Assembly (NCBI GenBank): GCA_964483785.1
Contig: CAZACW010000003.1
Location: 20,559 to 84,558, forward strand
Origin: an uncultured Planctomycetales bacterium
Lineage (GTDB): Bacteria > Omnitrophota > Gorgyraeia > Zapsychrales > Fredricksoniimonadaceae
DNA length: 64,000 nucleotides
Direction of reading: 5' to 3'
The notes beneath the pieces were generated by a model. The model saw nothing but the letters and a program-made list of their open reading frames with translations. It did no database searches and was not told the DNA's origin. This document shows positions 41,063 through 50,275 of this stretch, in pieces (within the stretch, counting starts at the first letter, position 1; each line of letters opens with the position of its first letter). The translations under genes were made by a program, and so were the position numbers.

Positions 41063-43129
41063 TTAAGATTGTGGTGAAGAGGATTTGGCAGGAGGCAGTT
41101 TTTGGTCGGAAACGGTTATCAGCACAGGTTTTGAGACAGTTGTCCTGCCTTCCGTGTCCGTGGCTGTGGCGATAATGGAATAGGTCCCTAAAGCGACTTT
41201 TTCAGCCATATATTCATAGGGAAGCCGGCTGACCGTTCCCAAAAGATTCATTCCATTGTAATAAAAATTGACATGGGCAATGGTGCCGTTGATCTCTGAA
41301 GCAGCGGCTATAATGGCCACGTTCGACCCGGCCGGGAACATCGTATCTTTAACCGGCCTGGTGATAACGATTTCAGGATTATATTTAATCTGGGGCAAGG
41401 CCGCAGCCGGCTTGCCGCTGGTGATATTCTTGGACAAAGCGTTGAACGGATTGTTTTTAAGGCCAAGCAGGCTGTTGGCTGATGTTCCTTGATAATAGGT
41501 ATCTGCCCTGCCCCCTGCCTGGCCCATGGGTATTTTATCGGCAAAATCAGGTTTTTTGCCGCATGCGTTTAAAAATCCGCTGCAGCCGTGATTATTGTTT
41601 CTGGTGTGGTACACCGTATTGCCCAGCTGGTCCCATTTCAGGTTTCCACAGCTTCCTGCGCCATCGCCGTTGCTTCCCGCATTGTAAATATAGCTGGTCA
41701 AGGCATTGCCGCCGGCGCTGTTGAAGGAAGTATCATCGATCCAGGCATAGCCGCCCAGCACCACATTATTTTTCAAAGATATGGAGGTGGAACCGTCACA
41801 GCCGCTGCCGTTAATATCCGATGATTCCAAGCTTATATTCCCATTGCTTAAAATCGTGTTATTTTCCAAAGAGGTATGGCTGTGATTGGTCACGTTAAAG
41901 ACCACTGCGTCTCCCAGGGCCCGGCAAATGTCCCCGCCTTTAAAACCCGGCGAAGAGACCGCAGCGCCCAGCCACCAGCCGCAATCACCGATTACAACAC
42001 TGTTGGTCATGCGGGAGTTTAAGGCATTCATCTTCACCTGATTGCCGGCATTGCCCTCAAAGAGCATCTTGTCAATGAAGATGTTCCCGTCCCCATTGCC
42101 GTGCAGGGTGTCTAAGCCGTCCTGGGTGTTAAAACTGATGGAGCCTGGGCCCTGGATGCTCCAGTTGCCCGCTCCTCCGTGTCCCACATTGCCGAAGGCC
42201 AGGCCGTCCCCGTAACCGCTTTGGTTTTGGCCGAAACAATCCGTGAGATTGGAAGGGCTGTCCATCACCAGATCATTATTTAAGGGATAGGACTCGACAC
42301 AGCCGTTGTATTCGATCACCGGCTGATCAAAGGTCAAGGTGCCGGAAATCACGGCATTGGTCCCGGTCGTAAATCCGCCATATCCGTTGCCGATGATCCT
42401 CAAGCGCGTAAAGACAGCACTGCCTAAATTGTCCGTGTTGATGCCGTAGCGCCCCATCCCATGCACATAGACATCAATGATATGGACATCATCCCCTCCT
42501 ATATTTAATCCATCCAGCGCCCAGGGTCCGTAGGGATAAGGGCCGTCGTAATTACAGCCTTTGTCCGGGGAATTATAAGCGCAGCTGGCGTGGTCGGTGA
42601 TGTCCAGATTTTGAAGCACAAGATGGTTGTTGTTGGCATTGAGGATTTGCCATAATCTTTGCGTGCCCCATAATTGCGGCTTGTGCTGGCCCGTGCCGAT
42701 GATGGAGCTGGGCTGTAAAGCGCTAAGGCCGGCAGGCAGATTGCCCAGGGTGCAGTCATAGGGGTAGGACTCGGCACATCCCGGCGTCGCGTTATTCTCC
42801 CCGTCATCATATCCGATTTCATATTGGGCCTGGCCTCCGTTTGCCGGATCATCGCCGCTGATGTACAAGGTGTCCCCCGCATGCATCACACCGGCATTGG
42901 CGCAATTGTTTCCGGCATTGCCGCAGCCCCAGCCTAAGGCATAGCGCGGATGATTAAAGGCGCAGTCAACAGCACTGCCGGAGCCGGGATAGGCTGCATC
43001 CGCTGTGCCGGAGCATTCTTCCGGCGTCCCCCCATCCGGGCGGACATAATAGGCCGCGGCCAGGGCAAGGGTCTGGGAAAACACGGCCAGACCGAGAAAC
43101 AGGATGAATATGAAAATGGGTTTGTTCAT
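41063..43129 (-). CDS. Secreted beta-helix protein with one C-terminal Ig-like domain (paralog B, divergent)
   Basis: Signal peptide. N-terminus AAYYVRPDGGTPEECSGTADAAYPGSG ... RYALGWGCGNAG has the same Cys-rich module. Beta-helix rungs and one Ig-like repeat before a low-complexity tail. Confidence 0.8.
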   Translation of the reverse strand: MNKPIFIFILFLGLAVFSQTLALAAAYYVRPDGGTPEECSGTADAAYPGSGSAVDCAFNHPRYALGWGCGNAGNNCANAGVMHAGDTLYISGDDPANGGQAQYEIGYDDGENNATPGCAESYPYDCTLGNLPAGLSALQPSSIIGTGQHKPQLWGTQRLWQILNANNNHLVLQNLDITDHASCAYNSPDKGCNYDGPYPYGPWALDGLNIGGDDVHIIDVYVHGMGRYGINTDNLGSAVFTRLRIIGNGYGGFTTGTNAVISGTLTFDQPVIEYNGCVESYPLNNDLVMDSPSNLTDCFGQNQSGYGDGLAFGNVGHGGAGNWSIQGPGSISFNTQDGLDTLHGNGDGNIFIDKMLFEGNAGNQVKMNALNSRMTNSVVIGDCGWWLGAAVSSPGFKGGDICRALGDAVVFNVTNHSHTSLENNTILSNGNISLESSDINGSGCDGSTSISLKNNVVLGGYAWIDDTSFNSAGGNALTSYIYNAGSNGDGAGSCGNLKWDQLGNTVYHTRNNNHGCSGFLNACGKKPDFADKIPMGQAGGRADTYYQGTSANSLLGLKNNPFNALSKNITSGKPAAALPQIKYNPEIVITRPVKDTMFPAGSNVAIIAAASEINGTIAHVNFYYNGMNLLGTVSRLPYEYMAEKVALGTYSIIATATDTEGRTTVSKPVLITVSDQKLPPAKSSSPQS

Positions 43130-43141
43130 GATTTGGAGAAT

Positions 43142-46100
43142 TTAATTGACCGAAGAATTCGTCACGGTATTGGAAGAGGTCAGGACTCCGTCGGCTTGGT
43201 CTGTCTGTGCGGCATCATCCGCAGCCACAACCACGGGTGCGGCTGCAACGCTCGGCCCAACAACAGGCGGCGCAGGAGTATTGGTGGCTGGCAGCGGCGG
43301 CGGAGTAAGGTTGCTTGCCACATTAATGCTGACCGGTGTTGAGGTGGAAGACCAACCGTAACTGTCCGTGGCCTTGGCCGTTAAGGTGTAATTGCCGGGC
43401 TGGACATTGTTCCAGGTCACGGTATAAGGGCTGTTATAGGCTGTTCCTAAATACAGCCAGCCATTGCTGTAGAAATCAACCTTGGTGATACTGCCTCCTG
43501 TGACCGCGGCATTGGCAGTCACAGGAATATTGGCGAATGAGCCAAAGGAGGCGTTATTGGCCGGGGCCGCGATGCTGATGGTGGGGGCTTTATGGGCGCT
43601 GACCGTGACGGTCACAGGCGATGCATAAAACACATTGCCGTTGCTGTCCACTGCCTTGGCCGTAAGATTATAGCTTCCCGGCTGGGCGCTGTTCCAATTG
43701 ACCTTGTAGGGAGGCCGGTTGGCTTCCCCTAAATAGAGCGATCCCGCATAATAATCCACCCTGTAAATGATGGCCCCTTGATCGGAAACATCGGATTTCA
43801 AGACGATATTGGCAGGGAGCGTAAAAGAAGCATTGCTGCCGGGTGATGTCAGGCTGATGGAGGGCGCATTAACAGCAGCTTGGCTCGGCGGCGCGCTGAC
43901 CGGAGCATTGACGGTAATGCTTATAGGCGCTGAGGTCACGGTTTGATTGTTGGCATCCGTGGCCACTGCGGTAATGGTGTAAGTACCTGCAGGCACATTG
44001 GTCCAGATGAAACTATAGGGGCTGTTGGCATCTGTACCCAAGAGATTATTGCCGTTAAAAAACGCGACCTGGGTGATGCTCCCGTTGTTTTCAGAAGCGG
44101 CAGCATTTAAGGTGATATTATTCCCTGCCGTAAAGGCGGCATTGTTGGACGGAGAACTTATACTGACTACCGGCGGTGAACTCGGCACGGATACGATTAT
44201 GTTGACAGCGCCGGAGGTTGAGGACCAGCCATAACTGTCCGTGGCCTTGGCCGTCAGAATGTAATTGCCGGGCTGGACATTGTTCCAGGTCACGGTATAA
44301 GGGCTGTTTTCTGCGGAACCTATATATAAGGACCCGCTGTAAAAATCAACCTTGGTGATGTTTCCGCCCGAAGATGAGGCGCTGGCTGTCAGCGTAATGT
44401 TCGCGGGCGTATTAAACGATACGCCGGCAGAGGGCGATGTCAGGGAAACTGCAGGCGCTGCATGGGCGCTGACCGTGATATTGATTGGCGTGGAATAAAA
44501 AACCGCCCCATTGCTGTCCGTGGCCTTGGCTGTGACGCTGTAATTGCCGGCCTGCGCGCTGTTCCAGGCCACGGAATAAGGGCTGAAGGTCGACTCCCCT
44601 AAAAACACCGGGCCCGCGTTATAATCGACCCTGTACACCTGGGCGCTGTCTGTCACCGTGGCGTTAAAGGTAATGGCCGCAGGCACGGTAAAGGAAGCAT
44701 TGTTTCCCGGAGAGCTGATGCTGATATTCGGGGCGGCATTGTTCGTTGGGATGTTTTGGGCGGTGACTGTCAAAGCCACGGGTGCCGAGGTCGTTGTGGC
44801 CCCATTGGCATCTGTGGCCACGGCTGTGATGGCATAGGTTCCCGCAGCCACATTATTCCAAGTATAGCTGTAGGGGCTATTGCTAAGTGCAGCCAGCAGA
44901 TTTGTCCCGTTATAATAAGAGACCTGGGTGATGGTGCCGTTGCTCTCCGAGGCGGTTGAGGTGAAGGTGATATTGGAGCCTGAAGCAAAGGTGCTGTTAT
45001 TCGGGGGTGTGGCGATCATCACAACCGGCGCAGCCTGCAGCGCCGGCGCTGTCACTATGATCGTCACCGGCGCCGAGGTCGCGGTGGCGCCGTTGGCATC
45101 TGTGGCCACGGCCGTCAATGCGTCTGTGCCCGGCGGCAGATTGACGGCGATCCATTGATAAGGTGCTGCCAAGGAAGTCCCTAAAAGGTCCGTGCCGTTA
45201 TAGAAGGCCACCTGGGTAATACTGCCGTTGTTTTCCGAGGCCGTGGCTGTAATGGTGACGCTGGCTGTGCTTAAGACGCTGCTGCCGTCGGCCGGAGCCG
45301 TGATGCTGACTGCCGGCTGTCCAGGTGCCGGGGCCGGCGGGTTCTGGATGGGCGGCGGGCTATTTTGGCTTACCGGATTGCTTGGCAGCGTTGTCTGCGG
45401 ATTCACGCATACGGCATTGGAGCAATCATTGTTGGTACATTCCGCGTTGAAAAAGCAGGTGCCGCCGTCAGCCACGGTTGATCCGTATTGATAGGACCCA
45501 ATGGCCCAGGCCGGACTGCGGGGGTTATTGTTGTAATCACTGGACGTGCCGCTTAGGACCAGGCTGCTGTTGCCTGCGCCGATCAAGGGAGAATTGGCCG
45601 CCGGATAAAATTGGTCAGCCAGGCCGACATTGGTATACTCATGGGAACTGTTTAAGGCGAAGTTTCCAGCCACGCCGGCATTTGCCGGATTATTGCAGAT
45701 ATCATGGCTGCCTGCGCAGTCCTGGGGATCATTCACCTGATAGACCAGATTATTGTTCTCCACCACATTGGCGCAGGAGCCGGCATCATTTTCCCAAAAC
45801 CTGGTCTGCTGGGAAAAGCTGCTGGTATAATCCGGCGCTCCCACAATTAAATTGTTGTTGACGTTGACAGTGACCTTGCCGCCGCTGCACCAGGACGTTG
45901 TCAGTTCAATGTTGGTGCCGCCGTTGGAATAAAACGTCGAGTTGGACACATTAAAGGCCGCGGTATTGTTGGGGATGGCAAAGACCAGTCCGTCGCCGGC
46001 AGCCCGGCAAAAATCATAGCCGTTGATGGGCGGGCAATTGCCGTAAGAATCGCAGGAGGTGGTAAAGGGCTGGCCCGCGAAAAAATTGCAGTTATTGATG

Positions 46101-47299
46101 ATTTGGGAATTTTCGATATTAACGGCGGCGTAATTGAGCTTCATCTGCTGGCTTTCATTGCCTTCGGCCCTGACGCGGTAGGCATTGAAGCTCCCGGTGC
46201 CGTTGCAGTGCAGATTGTCCACCCCTCCCTTGGTATTATAAGCAATGATGGAATTGCTCATGGTGATATTGTTGCAGATGCCGGTGCCGGCTTCCATGCC
46301 CCAGCCGTCGGCTAAGATGCCTCCGTTGCTGCTGCTGTCATCGGCGCAATGGTGGTAGTTTAAAGCATCAAAAGGATTGCTGGAATGCAAAGGATAAACC
46401 GAGCCGCATCCGTTAAAGACAATGGTGTCTCCGTTGACCGTGGTGATGCCGCCTAAGGACATGGTCCCGGAATTGCTGATGTTTTGGCCCAGGCCCACCC
46501 CGCCTCCGCCGTTGCCGTTGATGATATTGTTGGTTTCCGTAAAATTGCTTAAATTTCCGGTGGTGATGCCCCAGAAAGACATGCCGTGGACCCAATTGTT
46601 TTCCAGGGTAATGTTGGCGCCGGTGAGGCTTATGCCTGCCAATCCATAATCACCATAGGGGGAATTAAAGCCATTGTTCGGTTTATGGCAGGCATTGGGA
46701 AATCCGCCGGTCTGTTCGGCCGGGTCAGCGCCGTTGGTCACACAGGATGAATGCTGGGTGATTTCCAGGTTATTGATGATGGTATTGGAACTGTTATTGT
46801 CATTGAGGACCTGTACTACTTCTTCCCTGCCCCATAATTGCGGCCTTTGCGAGCCGATCCCGATGACGGAAGAATTGGACGGCATATTGGCCATGGTGCA
46901 GTCTTCGGGCGCCTGGGCCACGCAATGGCGGCCGTCCACAGGTGTAATTACGCCGCTGGTGTCAAGGCCGATGGGATATTGGGCCTGGGCGCCGGGCACC
47001 AGGTCGCTGTCTCCCACAATATAAAGCGTGTCTCCGCTGGACATGAGACTGGGCCTGTCGCAGGCATCAAAGCCGGTATTGCCGCATCCGGCGCCCAGCA
47101 CGTACATGGGATTTGAAAAGGCGCAGGGTTGATTGGTGCCGTTGCCGGGATAGACCGCGTTGGCCGTGCCTGTGCATTGCGTGGGATTGCCCCCGCCGTC
47201 ACGTACATACCAGTTGGCGGCACAGGCAGGCGCTGACCAAAGCACGGCCCAGCCAAAACAGCTTCCTAATATTATGGGGGAGGAAAAAATGAACCGCAT
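43142..47299 (-). CDS. Large secreted protein: Cys-rich module + beta-helix + 7 tandem Ig-like repeats + Pro-rich tail (paralog C). Likely start MRFIFSSPIILG at 47299. The ORF track begins at 47317 inside the palindrome.
   Basis: About 90% identical to paralog A over the sampled beta-helix core (NNW[IV]HGMS[YF]WG ... GWGMEAG[ST]GICN). Seven roughly 100-aa Ig-like repeats. 12-nt gap to paralog B. Confidence 0.8.
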   Translation of the reverse strand: MRFIFSSPIILGSCFGWAVLWSAPACAANWYVRDGGGNPTQCTGTANAVYPGNGTNQPCAFSNPMYVLGAGCGNTGFDACDRPSLMSSGDTLYIVGDSDLVPGAQAQYPIGLDTSGVITPVDGRHCVAQAPEDCTMANMPSNSSVIGIGSQRPQLWGREEVVQVLNDNNSSNTIINNLEITQHSSCVTNGADPAEQTGGFPNACHKPNNGFNSPYGDYGLAGISLTGANITLENNWVHGMSFWGITTGNLSNFTETNNIINGNGGGGVGLGQNISNSGTMSLGGITTVNGDTIVFNGCGSVYPLHSSNPFDALNYHHCADDSSSNGGILADGWGMEAGTGICNNITMSNSIIAYNTKGGVDNLHCNGTGSFNAYRVRAEGNESQQMKLNYAAVNIENSQIINNCNFFAGQPFTTSCDSYGNCPPINGYDFCRAAGDGLVFAIPNNTAAFNVSNSTFYSNGGTNIELTTSWCSGGKVTVNVNNNLIVGAPDYTSSFSQQTRFWENDAGSCANVVENNNLVYQVNDPQDCAGSHDICNNPANAGVAGNFALNSSHEYTNVGLADQFYPAANSPLIGAGNSSLVLSGTSSDYNNNPRSPAWAIGSYQYGSTVADGGTCFFNAECTNNDCSNAVCVNPQTTLPSNPVSQNSPPPIQNPPAPAPGQPAVSITAPADGSSVLSTASVTITATASENNGSITQVAFYNGTDLLGTSLAAPYQWIAVNLPPGTDALTAVATDANGATATSAPVTIIVTAPALQAAPVVMIATPPNNSTFASGSNITFTSTASESNGTITQVSYYNGTNLLAALSNSPYSYTWNNVAAGTYAITAVATDANGATTTSAPVALTVTAQNIPTNNAAPNISISSPGNNASFTVPAAITFNATVTDSAQVYRVDYNAGPVFLGESTFSPYSVAWNSAQAGNYSVTAKATDSNGAVFYSTPINITVSAHAAPAVSLTSPSAGVSFNTPANITLTASASSSGGNITKVDFYSGSLYIGSAENSPYTVTWNNVQPGNYILTAKATDSYGWSSTSGAVNIIVSVPSSPPVVSISSPSNNAAFTAGNNITLNAAASENNGSITQVAFFNGNNLLGTDANSPYSFIWTNVPAGTYTITAVATDANNQTVTSAPISITVNAPVSAPPSQAAVNAPSISLTSPGSNASFTLPANIVLKSDVSDQGAIIYRVDYYAGSLYLGEANRPPYKVNWNSAQPGSYNLTAKAVDSNGNVFYASPVTVTVSAHKAPTISIAAPANNASFGSFANIPVTANAAVTGGSITKVDFYSNGWLYLGTAYNSPYTVTWNNVQPGNYTLTAKATDSYGWSSTSTPVSINVASNLTPPPLPATNTPAPPVVGPSVAAAPVVVAADDAAQTDQADGVLTSSNTVTNSSVN
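43309..45397 (-). repeat. Tandem Ig-like domain repeats (7 copies) inside paralog C
   Basis: Periodicity seen in the protein. Antisense ORFs 44025-44234, 44928-45158 and 45228-45491 repeat the same motif (LPLFSEAAAFKV / VPLLSEAVEVKV / MFSEAVAVMVTL). Confidence 0.7.
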
Positions 47300-47310
47300 A
47301 TTTCTTACAA

Positions 47311-47337
47311 CCATCACAACCCCGGGGGTTGTGATGG
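47311..47337. repeat. Palindrome copy 3 (CCATCACAACCCCGGGGGTTGTGATGG), 12 nt upstream of the paralog-C start codon
   Basis: Read directly. Extends to A ... T at 47310/47338. Confidence 0.8.
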
Positions 47338-47373
47338 TGTTAAAATATATATTGAACAGTTATGGGGCGATAG

Positions 47374-49098
47374 TCAATAGTTTTGAGTAATTTTATTGAA
47401 TTCTTCGATTTTGGCGGCCAGGGCCTTGCGCCGGCTTTCCAACGCATGGGCCTCATGGGTAAATTGGGACATGGAGCTTGCAATGGCCTTATCAATGGCC
47501 AGCAGTGCGCGGCTTTGTTCCAGCCAATTCCTTGAAATTTTATCCAGGCCCTTGCTTTGAAAGATTTTGATGTCTCTGGAAAGCTCGTTTAAGTATTCAT
47601 AATCTTCCATGCCTTCGCGAAACAGCTCCACGCGCAGGGACGGCCAGGGCCCGTTGTCACCGGGATAAAACAAAAGGCCGTTGCCGTTTTGCTCCCATTT
47701 CGAGTTTTTAGCGCTTTCAAAAGGATCAACCAGCGGCCACCAGTTCACGCACCAATACAAAAATCCCTTGATGCCGTATTTCCAGCAGAGCCAGGGGATG
47801 ATGCGGTAATCCATGGCATCAAAGTCCATGGCCAAATTCGGGGTCCCTGTGCCTGAAGGTCCGGAAATATACATCCAGATTTCCTTGCCCTTGTCCTGCA
47901 AGGCCCGCATTTTGGCCTCCTGAAAATCATCGATTTGAAAGCTCCAGATATCAATGTCCTTGATCCAATCCGCTCCGTCAGCCATGTCCCAAAGCCCGTG
48001 ATAACAGACCATATTTTTAAACCCTTGATCAGCTTTATGGAGCATGGCTGCGATTTTAGCGGCCTTGGGGTTGCCCATGTCCCCTTCATCCCAGGCATAA
48101 ATATAATTGTAATCAAAAAGATTTCGGCGCTTGAGGATTTGCGCATAGCTTGTGTATTGCGCTTGCAATGAACTTAAAGAAACATCATCCCCAGGCCAAT
48201 TATTATCAAAGGTCCCGCCTTTTTTGCCGATCGAGAAATTATTCAGGCCGTAGGCCATGTACCGGTTTAAATCCGACACATCGTCTTTGTTGGAGGGATC
48301 CACATTGAGGATCGGGTCCATCCGGTAAAGCAGCATGGTCAGGATAAATTGGTCCTTGATTTTTTTAATCCGTTGATCATAGGCATCCTGACCTTCGTTT
48401 GGTTTTTGCGGAAATCTTAATTTAGTCAAGTGGCCGTAAAAATCAAAGGCGGTTTTTAAATGGCTGACCGCGGGCAGGACGAAATCATAGACATGGATGG
48501 ACAAGTCAACAGCCTGCAATTTTTCCTCCTTGGCCATGACCAGGATTTTGCCTGTATAGTCTCCGGCCTCTGCATACGCAGGCGCATAAACAGTCACCCA
48601 GAAAGGCTGGGTCCGGTTGGCTGGAATCTTAATAGGATGCGGCGGCAGTAAAGGATCAGGCCATGGCCCGACATAGGCCGTCGGATAATAGGGCTTTTGG
48701 GTTGGGACATAACCTACGACTTTCCAGGTCATGTGTTTTTTATGGATGGTTTTTCCGTTTTGCTGATTCATGAGATCGTCCAGGACCAAATGCACATCTT
48801 CCAGAGGCCTGTCCTTGGTTTGAAGAACGATTTGAAAGGAACGGTATTCATTTTTGGCCATTGCCATCGAAGCGTTTGAGCCAAAATCAGGTTTTTTGAG
48901 TGTCCCGCCGTCCTGAAAAATCCGGTCTAAGCTGGAAGCGGTAAAAACCGCCACCCCATTTTGAAAAGCCGTGGGCGTTTTGGAAAAATAACGGCCGTGC
49001 TTCGGCTTGAATTTTTTAAGAAAAAAAAGTCCGCCGGCACCAAGGCACAGGCAAAAAAGAATAATGAAGAATTTATATTTGGGGAGTGCGCAGAACAT
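47374..49098 (-). CDS. Membrane-anchored hypothetical protein, possibly a DUF4091-like glycoside hydrolase
   Basis: 574 aa with an N-terminal TM (FFIILFCLCLGAGGLFFL). The function guess rests only on W/Y-rich acidic motifs such as YNYIYAWDEGD and EIWMYISG. Weak. Confidence 0.4.
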   Translation of the reverse strand: MFCALPKYKFFIILFCLCLGAGGLFFLKKFKPKHGRYFSKTPTAFQNGVAVFTASSLDRIFQDGGTLKKPDFGSNASMAMAKNEYRSFQIVLQTKDRPLEDVHLVLDDLMNQQNGKTIHKKHMTWKVVGYVPTQKPYYPTAYVGPWPDPLLPPHPIKIPANRTQPFWVTVYAPAYAEAGDYTGKILVMAKEEKLQAVDLSIHVYDFVLPAVSHLKTAFDFYGHLTKLRFPQKPNEGQDAYDQRIKKIKDQFILTMLLYRMDPILNVDPSNKDDVSDLNRYMAYGLNNFSIGKKGGTFDNNWPGDDVSLSSLQAQYTSYAQILKRRNLFDYNYIYAWDEGDMGNPKAAKIAAMLHKADQGFKNMVCYHGLWDMADGADWIKDIDIWSFQIDDFQEAKMRALQDKGKEIWMYISGPSGTGTPNLAMDFDAMDYRIIPWLCWKYGIKGFLYWCVNWWPLVDPFESAKNSKWEQNGNGLLFYPGDNGPWPSLRVELFREGMEDYEYLNELSRDIKIFQSKGLDKISRNWLEQSRALLAIDKAIASSMSQFTHEAHALESRRKALAAKIEEFNKITQNY

Positions 49099-50275
49099 GG
49101 GCGTAAACGGATTTTAATTGCCGGCCGATGATGTCCCAACTGTAACTGCCGCAGACGAGCCTGCGGCCTTCCTGGGCCAGGGCCTTGGCAAGATTCTTGT
49201 CATGCAATACCCGGACAATGGCTTGCGCAAAGTCAGCGGGCCCATCCGCTAAAAGGATATTGGCGCCGGCGGTATGCTGGATGCCTTCAGCGCCTATAAA
49301 GGTCGAAACCACCGGCCTGGACATGGACATGGCCTCCAGGATTTTAAGCCTGGTGCCGCCGCCGATGCGCAAAGGGACAATGAAAACTTCACAACGCTGA
49401 ACATAGGGCCTGACATCATCAACGCGGCCGGTGACAATCACCCGCGGGTCCTTGCCCGCCAGACTTTTGACCAGGCCCGAAGGTGATTTGCCCACCACGT
49501 ACAGTTTGGCGGAGGGCTGCCTGGCCCAGATCAGGGGAAGAATTTCAGCGCAAAAATAGGAGACCGCGTCCTCATTGGGCAGCCAATCCATGGAACCGGT
49601 AAAAACCATGGCCCCTTCTTCCTTATTATCATCGGCGGATTGGAAATATTCCGTATCCACTCCGTTGGGAATCACCTGCACCGGCGTCTGGCTTAAGACA
49701 AGGTTTTCTAAAATTGAGCGGTCCTCTTGGGAGCAGGCCAGGATGCTTTGGGCTGTTTTGGCCTGACGTACTTCATAGGTTTTCATTTTGCCGGCCTGCT
49801 GAAGGTAGAGCATTTTTTTGATTGGATTCGCTTCCACCTGGGCACAGCGCTCGAGGATTTTGAATTCCACGTTATGTTCATCCAAAATTTTGGGGACCCC
49901 AGGACCTGTCCCGCTATAATGGGCCATATGCAGATGGTCGATATGTACGGCATCAAAAGATTCGGCCTTGATCAAGGCCTCCATGGCCGAGCGCATGGCC
50001 AAGGATTGGTATTTGATGATCGCATGAGGCAGATCACCTGTGAGCACGTTCCAAACTTTTTGCGCCGAGGAAGATTCCAGGGCAGGCACCAGGGTGATGC
50101 GCAGGCCCAATTGTTTGAGTTCTTCCTTGAGTTGGGCATCTGCCGGGTCATAGGAAAAACTGAGCAAATGCACCTGGGCGTATTTTAAAAGCTGTTTTAA
50201 GATATTAAGGGTACGGATTTTTCCGCCGGTATCAGCGGGCAAAGGAAATCTGGGAGAAAGGAAAAGTATTTTCAT
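49073..50275 (-). CDS. Glycosyltransferase family 4 (GT-B, retaining)
   Basis: 400 aa. C-terminal EX7E-like region VVSTFIGAEGIQHTAGANILLAD. Confidence 0.8.
   Translation of the reverse strand: MKILFLSPRFPLPADTGGKIRTLNILKQLLKYAQVHLLSFSYDPADAQLKEELKQLGLRITLVPALESSSAQKVWNVLTGDLPHAIIKYQSLAMRSAMEALIKAESFDAVHIDHLHMAHYSGTGPGVPKILDEHNVEFKILERCAQVEANPIKKMLYLQQAGKMKTYEVRQAKTAQSILACSQEDRSILENLVLSQTPVQVIPNGVDTEYFQSADDNKEEGAMVFTGSMDWLPNEDAVSYFCAEILPLIWARQPSAKLYVVGKSPSGLVKSLAGKDPRVIVTGRVDDVRPYVQRCEVFIVPLRIGGGTRLKILEAMSMSRPVVSTFIGAEGIQHTAGANILLADGPADFAQAIVRVLHDKNLAKALAQEGRRLVCGSYSWDIIGRQLKSVYAHVLRTPQI

Noticed and set aside
47311-47317. ORF-track start codons of the 1391-aa gene (47317) and of the LhgO-like gene (18605) lying inside the palindrome
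   Set aside because: The palindrome arm GTGATGG supplies GTG/ATG by chance. Signal-peptide logic (MRFIFSS at 47299) and Rossmann-motif logic (MKNYDF at 18566) place the real starts downstream.
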